Positions 9,675 to 19,894 of a DNA stretch of 64,000 bases are shown here, piece after piece. Within the stretch, counting starts at the first letter, position 1. Every line of letters begins with the position of its first letter. The stretch is from positions 160,001 through 224,000 of the forward strand of contig CAYWJO010000001.1 in assembly GCA_964458565.1 (NCBI GenBank), in the 5' to 3' direction. A model generated the notes under the pieces. It worked only from the letters and a program-made list of their open reading frames with translations. It searched no databases and was not told the DNA's origin. The stretch is from an uncultured archaeon (GTDB lineage: Archaea > Asgardarchaeota > Thorarchaeia > Thorarchaeales > Thorarchaeaceae). The position numbers were made by a program, and so were the translations under genes.

Positions 9675-11417
9675 ATGGAAGAGATGCTATGGCATAAGAA
9701 TAGATGGCCTCAAACTGTCAAGAAATCGCTAGATTATCCTGATGAACCACTTTATACACTGCTTGATCGGATAGCTGACAAACATCCTGATGCCCCGTCC
9801 ACACTATATTCGGGAGTTGCACGGACTTTTTCAGATGTACGTGATTCAGCCAACAAGATTGCAAACTTCTTGGAGAGTAAGGGTATCAAGAAGGGAGACA
9901 GAGTTGCTATTTTTCTACCCAATATGCCACATTACCCGCCGGTATTCTTTGGAATTCTAAAAGCGGGAGCTACAGCTGTTACTTGCAATCCAGCATATAC
10001 AGCTGGTGAACTCAATTTTCAACTTAAAGATTCAGGTGCAAAAGCAGTCTTTGTTCTAGATCATCCTAAATTCACACCACTTGCATACGACGCTATTGAG
10101 GGAACAGACGCTAATATTGTTATAGTCTGTGGTGTTAAATCATTCTTACCAAAGGCTAAAGCTGTGATAGGAGGATTACTTGGAAAGATACCAAAAAGTG
10201 CATTCTACAAAGAGGGAATTACATACCATTATGATGATATTATGATGAACAATGAAGCTAAAGCCCCAGACGTCACAATTAAACCAAAGGAAGATTTAGC
10301 ATTAATTCTCTACACTGGCGGAACCACAGGAACGCCAAAGGGTGCGATGCTTACTCATAGTAATCTATACAGTAATGTCATCCAAATCGATGAATGGGTT
10401 CAATTAGAGCCTCCTGAGGGTGGTGCGCCTCAGAAGCTGAAGCCTGGTGAAGAGGTCTTTGTGGGTGCCTTGCCCTGGTACCATTCATATGGGCTGACCC
10501 TAACAATGGTTGCTTCATATCTTACAGGTGGTGCCTTAGTCTGTATTCCAGACCCAAGAGCAGGAAAACCACCTATGTCTGAATTACTCTCGGAGATTCA
10601 GAAGAATAAGGGAACTATCCTTCACTGTGTCCCAGCCCTATATGCAGGAATCGTGAACCATCCGAAAATCGGAGATTACGACCTATCAACCGTTAAGGCA
10701 TGTGGATCTGGAGCGGCTCCACTTCCACCAGAATTGGCAAAACAATTCGAGGCAGTGACAGGCGCTACACTGTTTGAAGGCTATGGTCTTACTGAAACGG
10801 CTCCTCTTGCCACAGCTAATCCTTCACTCAAAAGTCTTAGGAAATTTGGCTCGATTGGAGTACCAATATCAGACACATATGTTGCTGTTGTAGATCTCGA
10901 AACTGGAAATAAGGAGCTTGGAGTTGGCGAAACCGGTGAGATTGCCATCAGCGGTCCGCAAGTTATGAAGGGTTACTGGAACAAACCAGATGAAACTGCA
11001 GCAGTATTTCGCGAGATTGGTGGAAAGCGATATTTCCTTACAGGAGACATCGGAAACATTGACGAGGATGGCTTCTTTACAGTATCAGACCGGAAGAAGG
11101 ACATGGTGAATGTAGGTGGTCTTAAAGCATATCCAAGAGAAATAGAAGATATTCTCTTTGAGCATCCTGCTATATCAATGGCTGCAGTCATCGGACTCCC
11201 ACGTGAAGATGACCCAAGCAATGAATATGTAAAAGCATACGTCATTCTGAAACAAGGGGCAACTGCAACACCTGACGAAATAATAGCATGGGCTAAGGAC
11301 AAGATGGCTGGCTATAAGAGGCCAAAAGAGGTTCAAATTGTCGACACTCTACCTATGAGTGCAGTTGGAAAGGTGTTACGAAGAGAACTTCGTGATGCGG
11401 AATTAGCCAAGAAATAG
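9675..11417 (+). CDS. fadD: Long-chain acyl-CoA ligase (AMP-forming)
   Basis: YTGGTTGTPKG, GYGLTE, TGD, DRKKD, GKVLR adenylate-forming motifs. Confidence 0.9.
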   Translation: MEEMLWHKNRWPQTVKKSLDYPDEPLYTLLDRIADKHPDAPSTLYSGVARTFSDVRDSANKIANFLESKGIKKGDRVAIFLPNMPHYPPVFFGILKAGATAVTCNPAYTAGELNFQLKDSGAKAVFVLDHPKFTPLAYDAIEGTDANIVIVCGVKSFLPKAKAVIGGLLGKIPKSAFYKEGITYHYDDIMMNNEAKAPDVTIKPKEDLALILYTGGTTGTPKGAMLTHSNLYSNVIQIDEWVQLEPPEGGAPQKLKPGEEVFVGALPWYHSYGLTLTMVASYLTGGALVCIPDPRAGKPPMSELLSEIQKNKGTILHCVPALYAGIVNHPKIGDYDLSTVKACGSGAAPLPPELAKQFEAVTGATLFEGYGLTETAPLATANPSLKSLRKFGSIGVPISDTYVAVVDLETGNKELGVGETGEIAISGPQVMKGYWNKPDETAAVFREIGGKRYFLTGDIGNIDEDGFFTVSDRKKDMVNVGGLKAYPREIEDILFEHPAISMAAVIGLPREDDPSNEYVKAYVILKQGATATPDEIIAWAKDKMAGYKRPKEVQIVDTLPMSAVGKVLRRELRDAELAKK

Positions 11418-11428
11418 TCAAACGATAG

Positions 11429-11453
11429 AGGAGGTTTATCCTCCTTTTTTTTT
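11429..11453 (+). terminator. Hairpin plus T-run terminator
   Basis: AGGAGG-ttta-t-CCTCCT followed by a T9 run, just after the stop of the first ligase. Confidence 0.7.
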
Positions 11454-11542
11454 ATAATTCATCTTTTTTATTCTACTAAAAACATATCAACCACATTGGT
11501 ATATCGTTATGAATAGCAAATCAGTAAGGAGTAAAGAGAAAT

Positions 11543-13291
11543 ATGGAAGAGCAGTATTGGCATAAAAGTGCTGTTTGGCCTAAAAAGACCCCTGCATCAT
11601 TAGAATATCCAGAAGAGCCACTATTTGCAATGCTCGACAGGGCTGCAGATACAAGTGGTGATTTGCCTTATACATGGTACATGGGAGTTACAAGGACATT
11701 TGCACAAGTAAGAGATAATGCAGACAGGATAGCTAATTTCCTCGTTAGTCGAGGTATACAGGAAGGAGACCGTGTAGCTATTTTCATGCCCAATGTCCCA
11801 CATTATCCAGAAGTGTTCTTTGGATCACTCAAGACTGGAGCAAAGATTGTCACTTGCAATCCACTTTACAAAACAGGCGAACTAAACTATCAGCTGAGAG
11901 ATACAGGAGCTAAGGTAATCTTTGCGTTCGATCATGGTACGTTCGTACCAACATGTTACAAAGCACTAGAAGGAACCGACATTGAAACGGTGGTCGTTTG
12001 TAGCATAAAATCATTCTTACCAAAAATAAAAGCAGTATTGGGGGGAATACTAGGTAAAATACCAAAGAGTCCATATTATGAAGAAGACAAGACATTCTTT
12101 TACGAAGATATTCTTACCAATTACGAACCACATGCACCCAATGTCACCATTGACCCATACAGTACTGCGTTACTCATCTACACTGGTGGAACTACAGGGA
12201 CTCCGAAAGGTGCAGAATTAACGCATCATAACCTCATATCAAATGTACTCCAAATCGGAGAGTGGGTGTATCTAGAGGAAGAAGATGTTGGTCGGTCAGG
12301 TGGGGTTAGGTATGGAGAGGAGGTGTATGTAGGGGCAGTTCCATGGTATCATTCCTACGGGATGACTCTAACGCTTCTGATGTCCACGCATTATGCAGGT
12401 CAGCTAGTCTGTATACCAGATCCTCGAGCTGGAAATCCACCTCTGACAGATTTGCTTAAAGATCTAGAAAAGTCAAAAGGAACGGTTTTGAACTGTGTAC
12501 CTGCCCTCTATGCAGGTATTATAAACCATCCAGACATAAGAAATTTCGACCTTTCTGAAATTAGTATATGCAGCTCAGGGGCAGCGCCATTGCCTCCTGA
12601 ACTTGCCAAATCATTCGAAGCAGTTACAGGTGCAATTCTCTTTGAGGGTTATGGGCTAACAGAAACATCACCTGTAACCCATATCAATCCTACAAACAAG
12701 CGAGACCGTAATTTTGGATCAATTGGAATTCCTATTTCGGACACAATTTGTAAGATTGTCGACCTTGAAACTGGGAATAAAGAGATGCCAATTGGAGAAA
12801 CAGGTGAAATTGCCATCAACGGTCCCCAGGTGATGAAAGGATATTGGAATAAACCAGAAGAAACAGCCAATGTCATGCGTGAATTTGATGGAAAACGATT
12901 CTTTCTAACCGGAGATGTTGGGCACATGGATGAGAATGGTTTTACATATGTATCAGATAGGAAGAAGCAGATGATCAATGTAGGTGGTCTGAAGGCATAT
13001 CCAAGAGAGATTGAGGATATCTTATTCACCCATCCGAAAGTCAAGATGGCAGCAGTGGTAGGAATACCACGAGATGAAGACCCAAGCAACGAGTTTGTCA
13101 AAGCATTCATACTGCTAAAAGATGGAGAGACTGCCACCGAAGAGGAATTTATTGCATGGTGTCGAGAACAGATGGCGGGATATAAGCGACCCAAGGAGGT
13201 CGAGTTTAGAGAGACATTGCCAATCAGTAATGTTGGAAAAGTACTAAGACGAGTTCTACTAGAGGAAGAACTCGAGAAAAGAGCAAAATAA
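11543..13291 (+). CDS. fadD: Long-chain acyl-CoA ligase, tandem paralog
   Basis: Same motifs as, and collinear similarity with, 9675-11417. Confidence 0.9.
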   Translation: MEEQYWHKSAVWPKKTPASLEYPEEPLFAMLDRAADTSGDLPYTWYMGVTRTFAQVRDNADRIANFLVSRGIQEGDRVAIFMPNVPHYPEVFFGSLKTGAKIVTCNPLYKTGELNYQLRDTGAKVIFAFDHGTFVPTCYKALEGTDIETVVVCSIKSFLPKIKAVLGGILGKIPKSPYYEEDKTFFYEDILTNYEPHAPNVTIDPYSTALLIYTGGTTGTPKGAELTHHNLISNVLQIGEWVYLEEEDVGRSGGVRYGEEVYVGAVPWYHSYGMTLTLLMSTHYAGQLVCIPDPRAGNPPLTDLLKDLEKSKGTVLNCVPALYAGIINHPDIRNFDLSEISICSSGAAPLPPELAKSFEAVTGAILFEGYGLTETSPVTHINPTNKRDRNFGSIGIPISDTICKIVDLETGNKEMPIGETGEIAINGPQVMKGYWNKPEETANVMREFDGKRFFLTGDVGHMDENGFTYVSDRKKQMINVGGLKAYPREIEDILFTHPKVKMAAVVGIPRDEDPSNEFVKAFILLKDGETATEEEFIAWCREQMAGYKRPKEVEFRETLPISNVGKVLRRVLLEEELEKRAK

Positions 13292-13359
13292 TAGAAAATT
13301 AGAATCAAAAAAATGAGAAGATATATCTCTGAATACATCGCATCAACATCGGTGTCATT

Positions 13360-13695
13360 ATGAATAAAGAGGAGATTTTAGCAGAGCTTCAAACAATGGC
13401 AAGTAGATTTGATGATCCAAAGATTCAACGACGTTTCAAGGAGTACAACAAGACCCTTCAATTCAGCTTTCCTGATCTTGATGCACATCTCTTCATGAAA
13501 ATAGGTGACGCTGAACTCCTCGAGGTCGGTGAAGGGCAAATTGAAGATGCTGAACTTAGTGTCACAATGGACTCGACCATCTTCAAGAAAATCATTGAAA
13601 AGACAGAGAGTCCAATGGCAGCGTATTCAGAAGGGAGACTCAAAACAAAGGGAGAGGTACCAGACCTTTTGAAATTACAGAAATTATTACTTTGA
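13360..13695 (+). CDS. SCP2 sterol/lipid-binding domain protein
   Basis: PMAAYSEGRLKTKG..DLLKLQ SCP2 C-terminal signature. Confidence 0.8.
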   Translation: MNKEEILAELQTMASRFDDPKIQRRFKEYNKTLQFSFPDLDAHLFMKIGDAELLEVGEGQIEDAELSVTMDSTIFKKIIEKTESPMAAYSEGRLKTKGEVPDLLKLQKLLL

Positions 13696-13712
13696 AAGGT
13701 AAGTTAGGAGGA

Positions 13713-14720
13713 ATGAGTCTGAAAGTACTCATCACAGCTCCATTGACCCAAGATTCACTCGATGAGCTATTTAGAATGGGTCTTGAAATAGAGTATCATC
13801 CATGGCATGCAACAGGAAAGTTGCACTTGAGTGATTCACTATTGAGCATCGTTAAAGATACCAATCCTGATATCCTAATTGTTGAGGGAGATGAAGTAAA
13901 GGAAGAAATCATTACAGAGAGTAGTTTGAAGCTCATCGGAAGTGTGCGTGGAACCCCCAATAATGTCGATGTTGATTTTGCAACATCTAAGAACATTCCA
14001 GTGGTGGCAGCTCCTGGAAGAAATACAAATGCTGTCGCGGAATTAACTTTGGCACTGATTCTCAGTCAATCACGGAATATTGTGAAGACTGATAGGATGC
14101 TGGTAAGAGATGAGTTCATGGTGGATAATTTTAGCGACTTTGCTAAGATGTACACTTCATCAATGGGTTTCGAACTTGCAGGTAAGACTGTAGGAATCAT
14201 AGGTCTTGGAAGAATTGGATATGAAGTTGCTAAAAAGCTCAGATGCTTTGGAGTCAAACTACTCGTGTACGACCCCTTTGTTCAAGTAGATAAATTAGAA
14301 TCAATCGATGCAGAGAATATGACACTTGAGAATCTGCTTAGAGAATCGGATATAGTAACAATCCATTGTATGCCGACTCCTGATACTAAAGGTATGTTGG
14401 GAAAGGAGGAATTTGCGATGATGAAAGAATCATCTATCCTCATCAATACATCACGAGCTTCGATTACCGACGAGTATGCACTTCATGATGCTCTCAAAAA
14501 TAAGAAAATAGCTGGAGCAGCTTTAGATGTATTCTCAATGGAACCAGTAGATTGTGACAATGTATTTCTAGAACTTGATAATGTGATTGTGACACCCCAT
14601 ATTGGCGGAAACACAATAGAAACAATTGAGCGACAGTCAAGGATCATACTGAATGAAATCAAGGCATTTGTTAATGGAGAACAACTTGAGTTCTGTCTTA
14701 ACCCCGAAGTCTTCGAATAA
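13713..14720 (+). CDS. D-isomer-specific 2-hydroxyacid dehydrogenase (SerA-like)
   Basis: GIIGLGRIG, INTSR, ALDVF..EP, TPHIGG; GGAGG RBS before ATG at 13713. Confidence 0.88.
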   Translation: MSLKVLITAPLTQDSLDELFRMGLEIEYHPWHATGKLHLSDSLLSIVKDTNPDILIVEGDEVKEEIITESSLKLIGSVRGTPNNVDVDFATSKNIPVVAAPGRNTNAVAELTLALILSQSRNIVKTDRMLVRDEFMVDNFSDFAKMYTSSMGFELAGKTVGIIGLGRIGYEVAKKLRCFGVKLLVYDPFVQVDKLESIDAENMTLENLLRESDIVTIHCMPTPDTKGMLGKEEFAMMKESSILINTSRASITDEYALHDALKNKKIAGAALDVFSMEPVDCDNVFLELDNVIVTPHIGGNTIETIERQSRIILNEIKAFVNGEQLEFCLNPEVFE

Positions 14721-14733
14721 GGAGGAATCAATT

Positions 14734-16233
14734 ATGTCAATAGCAGCTATCGATGCTGGAACAACTGGTGTTCGTTGCATGATTGCAGGAAATAGAGGAG
14801 AGGTTCTATCAATTGCTCGTCGCCATTGGGATTATATTACTCCACAGCATCTAGAAATTGCAAAGGAATTTGATACCGAAAGATTCTGGGGATTGACCTG
14901 TGATGTAATCAAAGAAGCAATTCGTAAATCTGGCATCTCGGTTTCAGATATCGAAGGTGTAGCGACTACTAGCCAAAGACACGGAATTGTCCTTCTAGAT
15001 GCAGATGGAAAAGAGCTCTATGGAGGGCCTAACATCGATGCACGGGGAGCTATGACGCAGTTCGTCATAGAGGATTCGATTGGTGAGAAGTATCATGAGA
15101 TCACAGGTTGCTGGCCACCCATGATGTTCGCTCCCACAAAGGTAGCTTGGTTTGAGGAGGAAGAACCTGATATTCATGAAAAGATTGCGCATCTATTACC
15201 GATTAGTGATTGGATAACACACAAACTCTCAGGGGAATGTGTCACAGAGCCCTCCTCTGCTAGTGCAACAGGATTCTATGACATAAATAAGTGGGAATGG
15301 AGTCCTATCGTTATATCAGCAGTAGATATGGACAGGAATATCCTTCCGGATGTGGTTCGAGCAGGAGAGATTGTTGGTGAGGTGAACAGGAAAGCTGAGG
15401 TTGCGTGTGGACTCCCACAAGGCTTGCAAGTAATTCAAGGAGGGACAGATACACACTGTGCGCTCTTAGCCTGTGAGGTAAAAATGAATGAAATCACAGC
15501 TATCGCAGGAAGCACAACGCCAGTAATGACGATTATGAATAAGATAGTATGCGCACCTGAACAGAGAATGTGGACCTCTTGTCATATCTTACCTGGACAG
15601 TGGACGATGGAAAGCAATGCAACATTGACTGGCGCATATATTGAATGGGTTATTGGGCTCCTCTGTGAAAAATCAGATGATTCTGAAAAGTGTCGAGAAA
15701 AAATCCTCGATAATTTATCAGAAATTCTAAAGGATGTGCCACCAGGAAGTAACGAAACCATGACTGCCCTTGGTCCAAATGTAATGGACTGTCAGAAAAT
15801 CACGGATATTCCACTAGCTAGAATGTATTTCCCACAACCTGCTCTTCCCCAGGTCAAATCGCTTGATGCAGCTAGTATGATTCAGTCAGTCATAGAGAAC
15901 ATCGCGTACGCTGTTAGAGGTAACTATGAACAGTTATCAGATTTCTTTGAATTTAGCAGCATCAAAACAGTTGGAGGAACAACAAAGTCAAGGGTCTGGG
16001 TGGAAATATTAGCAAATGTGCTCGGAAGGGAGGTATACTATCCAATACAGCCCGAGGGCAGTCTACTTGGAGCTGCTATTTGTGCAGCTACTGGCATGCG
16101 ATGGTACGATAGTATCAACGAGTCAGCCCAGAATATGGTGCAATGGCATCCGAAAGTGGTACCAGATGAAAGGTCCGAAGACTATCAGGCGTACTACAAT
16201 CGATGGAAGGAAACTTGGATTGGATGTGTATAG
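14734..16233 (+). CDS. FGGY-family carbohydrate kinase (LsrK/xylulokinase-like)
   Basis: AIDAGTTG, TSQRHG, D.R, GG.D motifs; GGAGG RBS. Confidence 0.85.
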   Translation: MSIAAIDAGTTGVRCMIAGNRGEVLSIARRHWDYITPQHLEIAKEFDTERFWGLTCDVIKEAIRKSGISVSDIEGVATTSQRHGIVLLDADGKELYGGPNIDARGAMTQFVIEDSIGEKYHEITGCWPPMMFAPTKVAWFEEEEPDIHEKIAHLLPISDWITHKLSGECVTEPSSASATGFYDINKWEWSPIVISAVDMDRNILPDVVRAGEIVGEVNRKAEVACGLPQGLQVIQGGTDTHCALLACEVKMNEITAIAGSTTPVMTIMNKIVCAPEQRMWTSCHILPGQWTMESNATLTGAYIEWVIGLLCEKSDDSEKCREKILDNLSEILKDVPPGSNETMTALGPNVMDCQKITDIPLARMYFPQPALPQVKSLDAASMIQSVIENIAYAVRGNYEQLSDFFEFSSIKTVGGTTKSRVWVEILANVLGREVYYPIQPEGSLLGAAICAATGMRWYDSINESAQNMVQWHPKVVPDERSEDYQAYYNRWKETWIGCV

Positions 16234-16235
16234 AT

Positions 16236-16871
16236 ATGTTCGAAGAAAAGAAACAGGAACTGCTAGGCATCACTCATGAGATGTTAAGAGAGAATTTGGT
16301 GATTGGATCTTCAGGAAATGCTAGTGTCAGAGTTGAAAATAATGTTGTGATAACTCCAAGTGCTGTGAAATATGCTACAATGTCTGTTGATGATATTATG
16401 ATATTAGATATCGATGGAAATGTAATAGAGGGGTATCGTAATCCAAGTGTTGAAAGCCCAACACATCTAGAAATCTATCGTCGCCGAAATGATGCAAAGG
16501 CGATTGTACACGCTCATAGTATCTTTGCAACTGCGCTCGCTCTCTTAGATAGGCATTTACCTCCAGTCATAGACGAAGTTGTTCCAAAGCTTGGAGGGGA
16601 TATTAGACTAGCTAAATATGCAATGCCAGGTACAAAGGAACTCGCTAACAACGTGGTTCAAGCACTTGAAGACCGGAGTGCAGTCTTCCTCAAAAATCAT
16701 GGTGCACTCTGCATTGGTAAGTCTCTGGATGATGCACTTCACAACTCAATCCTACTTGAACGTACATGTATGATTTACATAACAGCTTTACAGATTGGAA
16801 AACCAACAGAACTTCCAGAGGATGTAGTTGATGATGAAATGGATCTCTGGTCTATGATGTCAAAATACTGA
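16236..16871 (+). CDS. Class II aldolase (fuculose-1-phosphate aldolase family)
   Basis: SSGNAS, TPS, PSVE..TH, HAHS, NHG Zn ligands. Confidence 0.88.
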   Translation: MFEEKKQELLGITHEMLRENLVIGSSGNASVRVENNVVITPSAVKYATMSVDDIMILDIDGNVIEGYRNPSVESPTHLEIYRRRNDAKAIVHAHSIFATALALLDRHLPPVIDEVVPKLGGDIRLAKYAMPGTKELANNVVQALEDRSAVFLKNHGALCIGKSLDDALHNSILLERTCMIYITALQIGKPTELPEDVVDDEMDLWSMMSKY

Positions 16872-16882
16872 GGCATACTAGA

Positions 16883-18661
16883 ATGAAGGGGTATAAAGGA
16901 AAAATCCTGGATATTCAACTAAGCAATGGCTCAATAAATACGATTCCACTTGACGAAAAGCTTGCAAGGAATTTTCTTGGAGGAAGTGGCTACGCTGCAA
17001 GATTACTATACAATTTGATAGACTCATCAATCAATCCAATGGGTCCTGATAATCCATTACTTTACATGACCGGACCTCTCACAGGAACATTAGCACCTTG
17101 CTCTGGAAGACATGTAGTTTGTGGCAAGTCACCATTGACGGGGTTTTGGGGTGAGAGTCACGCAGGGGGTCATTTTGGAGCGAAACTAAAGTCAGCTGGA
17201 TATGATGGCATCCTAATACGAGGTAAAGCTGATTCTCCAGTCTACATAAGCATTAACAATGAAACGGTCGAAATCCATTCTGCAGAGCATCTATGGGGAA
17301 TGACAACGGACAAGACTCAAGCCAAATTGCGGAGCGAGCTGGGACGTGTTCAAGTTTCCTCTATTGGCCCAGCAGGTGAAAATCTTGTTAGGTTTGCTAG
17401 TATCATGAATGACGAACGAGCCAATGCAAGATGTGGGCTTGGTGCAGTGATGGGTTCAAAACTGTTGAAGGCCATTACAGTTCAGGGAGATACAAAAGTC
17501 AATCTCGCAGATGCGGAGAGTTTTCAGAAACTTGCATTAGAATCTTCGAAGATTCTTGGCGAAATCATGACCCATCTACGTGATTCTGGCACTGCGATTT
17601 ACGTCGACGTGGGTGCTGACTTCAATGACATGCCAATCAAGTATTTTCAGGAGGCAGAGTGGGATGACATCTTTGAACTCAGCTCATCGGTGATGAAAGA
17701 GTTTCTCACTGGAAGGTCTGCTTGTCATTCGTGTCCAATAGGATGCGGACGTAAAGTGACTCTTCCTGAATACGATCTGGAGAATGTTGCAGGTCCTGAA
17801 TATCAAACTATAGCTGCATTCGGATCCAACCTACTGATCTCAGACCTAAGAAAAGTTTCCCGGATGAATTTTCTATGCAATCAGTTTGGTATGGATACGA
17901 TAAGCTGTGGAAGCACAATCGCCTTTGCAATGTATCTTTCTGAACTAGGTAAGATGGATTATGGTCTCAGATGGGGAGATTCCGACGCCGTAATTGGATT
18001 GATTCATGCTATCGCGAATCGTGAAGGGATTGGTAACGAACTGGCTGAAGGTACACTGCGACTTAGCCAGAAGTATAATGCACAAAATCATGCTATACAT
18101 GTAAAGGGACTTGAAGTACCCAATCACGACCCTAGAGCGTTTGGTGGAATGGCAGTAGTCTATGCAATGGCTTCCAGAGGAGCATCTCATCTAGAAGGAG
18201 ATATGTATAGTGTAGACATGGGTGTTGAGGTAAGAGAGATTGGTATAACAAGTGGGGATAGACTTGAGAATGAGGGTAAGGGGATAATAGCGGCCCGTGC
18301 TCAGGATTTTAGGGCATTCTTCGATTCAATTATCATGTGTCATTTTGCGATAGTTCCTACAGAGAAGATTGTTAGAATGCTGAATCATGCAATAGGCGCC
18401 TCATACACATTAGAGGATATTCTGAAAATTGGTGCTCGTGCAGTTACTATGAAGAGATTAATCAATTTGAAATGCGGGTTAACACCAAGTCTGGATATTC
18501 TTCCAGAACCACTCTTGCAGCCTTTACCAGATGCTGCAACATACGGATTTGTACCTGATATTGAATCGCAAGTAACTGAATATTATCGATATAGAAATTG
18601 GGACAAATATTCTGGACAGCCGTCAACTGATGTACTCAAGGATCTTGATATAGATCTCTAA
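16883..18661 (+). CDS. aor: Tungsten aldehyde:ferredoxin oxidoreductase
   Basis: KSPLTG, GPAGENLV, GAVMGSK, CHSCPIGC, EYQT, GMDTIS motifs. Confidence 0.9.
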   Translation: MKGYKGKILDIQLSNGSINTIPLDEKLARNFLGGSGYAARLLYNLIDSSINPMGPDNPLLYMTGPLTGTLAPCSGRHVVCGKSPLTGFWGESHAGGHFGAKLKSAGYDGILIRGKADSPVYISINNETVEIHSAEHLWGMTTDKTQAKLRSELGRVQVSSIGPAGENLVRFASIMNDERANARCGLGAVMGSKLLKAITVQGDTKVNLADAESFQKLALESSKILGEIMTHLRDSGTAIYVDVGADFNDMPIKYFQEAEWDDIFELSSSVMKEFLTGRSACHSCPIGCGRKVTLPEYDLENVAGPEYQTIAAFGSNLLISDLRKVSRMNFLCNQFGMDTISCGSTIAFAMYLSELGKMDYGLRWGDSDAVIGLIHAIANREGIGNELAEGTLRLSQKYNAQNHAIHVKGLEVPNHDPRAFGGMAVVYAMASRGASHLEGDMYSVDMGVEVREIGITSGDRLENEGKGIIAARAQDFRAFFDSIIMCHFAIVPTEKIVRMLNHAIGASYTLEDILKIGARAVTMKRLINLKCGLTPSLDILPEPLLQPLPDAATYGFVPDIESQVTEYYRYRNWDKYSGQPSTDVLKDLDIDL

Positions 18662-18996
18662 GCTTTCAAGAGATGTTGCAGCTTCATCAAATCACGTGCA
18701 GGACCATCTGCTTTTATCTTTCCAGTCATGAACGCACGCATTGCTGAGAGAGAACCATCAAGTATACTAAGGATAGTCTTGCTATCAGTAGTCACAGTCA
18801 TGTCAGGCGCGTTCAAAGACCCTTCAGTAGCAACTGCTTTACCATCTTCGAATTTTATGGTTATATGGAGGTCTAGATCATTGTAGGTCATGAGCATTGT
18901 TCGATTGAATTCTGCAAATCGCTTTTGTAATTTCGGAGTCTCGATTTTAGCAACCATCCGTTGAATAGCAGCGATTACCTCTTCATTGGTTGGCAT
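18658..18996 (-). CDS. SCP2 domain protein (second copy)
   Basis: AMRAFMTGKIKADG..DLMKLQ; paralog of 13360-13695. Confidence 0.82.
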   Translation of the reverse strand: MPTNEEVIAAIQRMVAKIETPKLQKRFAEFNRTMLMTYNDLDLHITIKFEDGKAVATEGSLNAPDMTVTTDSKTILSILDGSLSAMRAFMTGKIKADGPARDLMKLQHLLKA

Positions 18997-19158
18997 ATTA
19001 GAGAACTCCTGAATGGTAGAAGGAGAATTACTTGAAAAATCTGTTGTGTGGTTTATTCATGTATTCATCTTGTAATCTTCTTGTTTCCTTATAGAATGAA
19101 ACATAAATGTATCAAAACTCTGAAATCGGTTCATAGAACTATGCGTTGTGAAGATAAA

Positions 19159-19806
19159 ATGTACGAAGTTGAAAGACAGAAATTGCTTGAGATAACATTA
19201 CAGATGCTGAAACATGATTTAGTCATTGGTTCATCAGGTAATGCTAGTCTGCGAGTAGGGGATCATGTGCTAATCACTCCGAGTTCAGTTCGATATGACA
19301 CAATGGTTGTGGATGATATTGTGGTGCTTGATTTGGAGGAAAAAATCATCGAGGGTCATAGAACGCCTAGTATAGAGAGCCCAACCCATTTAGCAATTTA
19401 CAAACAGAGAACTGATGCGAAAGCTATTGTTCACTCACATAGTGTATATGCAACGGCTTTTGCATTGCTTGATAGAGCATTACCTCCAATCATTGATGAG
19501 GTAGTACCCAAACTTGGAGGTGATGTAAGATTAGCAAGATATGGCATGCCTGGAACAGACGAATTAGCTGAGAATGTAGTCGAGGCTCTTGAAGAGCGTA
19601 GTGGAGTCTTCATGAAGAATCATGGTGCCCTATGCATAGGAATGGATCTTGATGATGCGATTCACCTTACCATTCTTCTTGAACGAACATGCAAAACATA
19701 CCTTTTAGCTCTGCAAGCAGGAAAACCAACTGTTCTACCGGATGATGCGGTTGATGTTGGAAGGAGTCTTTGGGAATTTAAGAGAATGTCACGTCTGAAT
19801 CAATAA
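19159..19806 (+). CDS. Class II aldolase, paralog of 16236-16871
   Basis: Near-collinear sequence with the first aldolase; start refined to MYEVER. Confidence 0.88.
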   Translation: MYEVERQKLLEITLQMLKHDLVIGSSGNASLRVGDHVLITPSSVRYDTMVVDDIVVLDLEEKIIEGHRTPSIESPTHLAIYKQRTDAKAIVHSHSVYATAFALLDRALPPIIDEVVPKLGGDVRLARYGMPGTDELAENVVEALEERSGVFMKNHGALCIGMDLDDAIHLTILLERTCKTYLLALQAGKPTVLPDDAVDVGRSLWEFKRMSRLNQ

Positions 19807-19894
19807 TAGACTACTTCAGTGACACTTTGGAATCTTGCCTTGATATAGAATATTAAAGCAGACTGTGGATATGCAATTAAAAGGCGGCTGTGCG

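Noticed and set aside
10973-13338. Long antisense ORFs (10973-11302, 12649-13338, and similar shadows elsewhere)
   Set aside because: They lie opposite well-supported genes, lack motifs and RBS, and mirror the codon structure of the sense gene.
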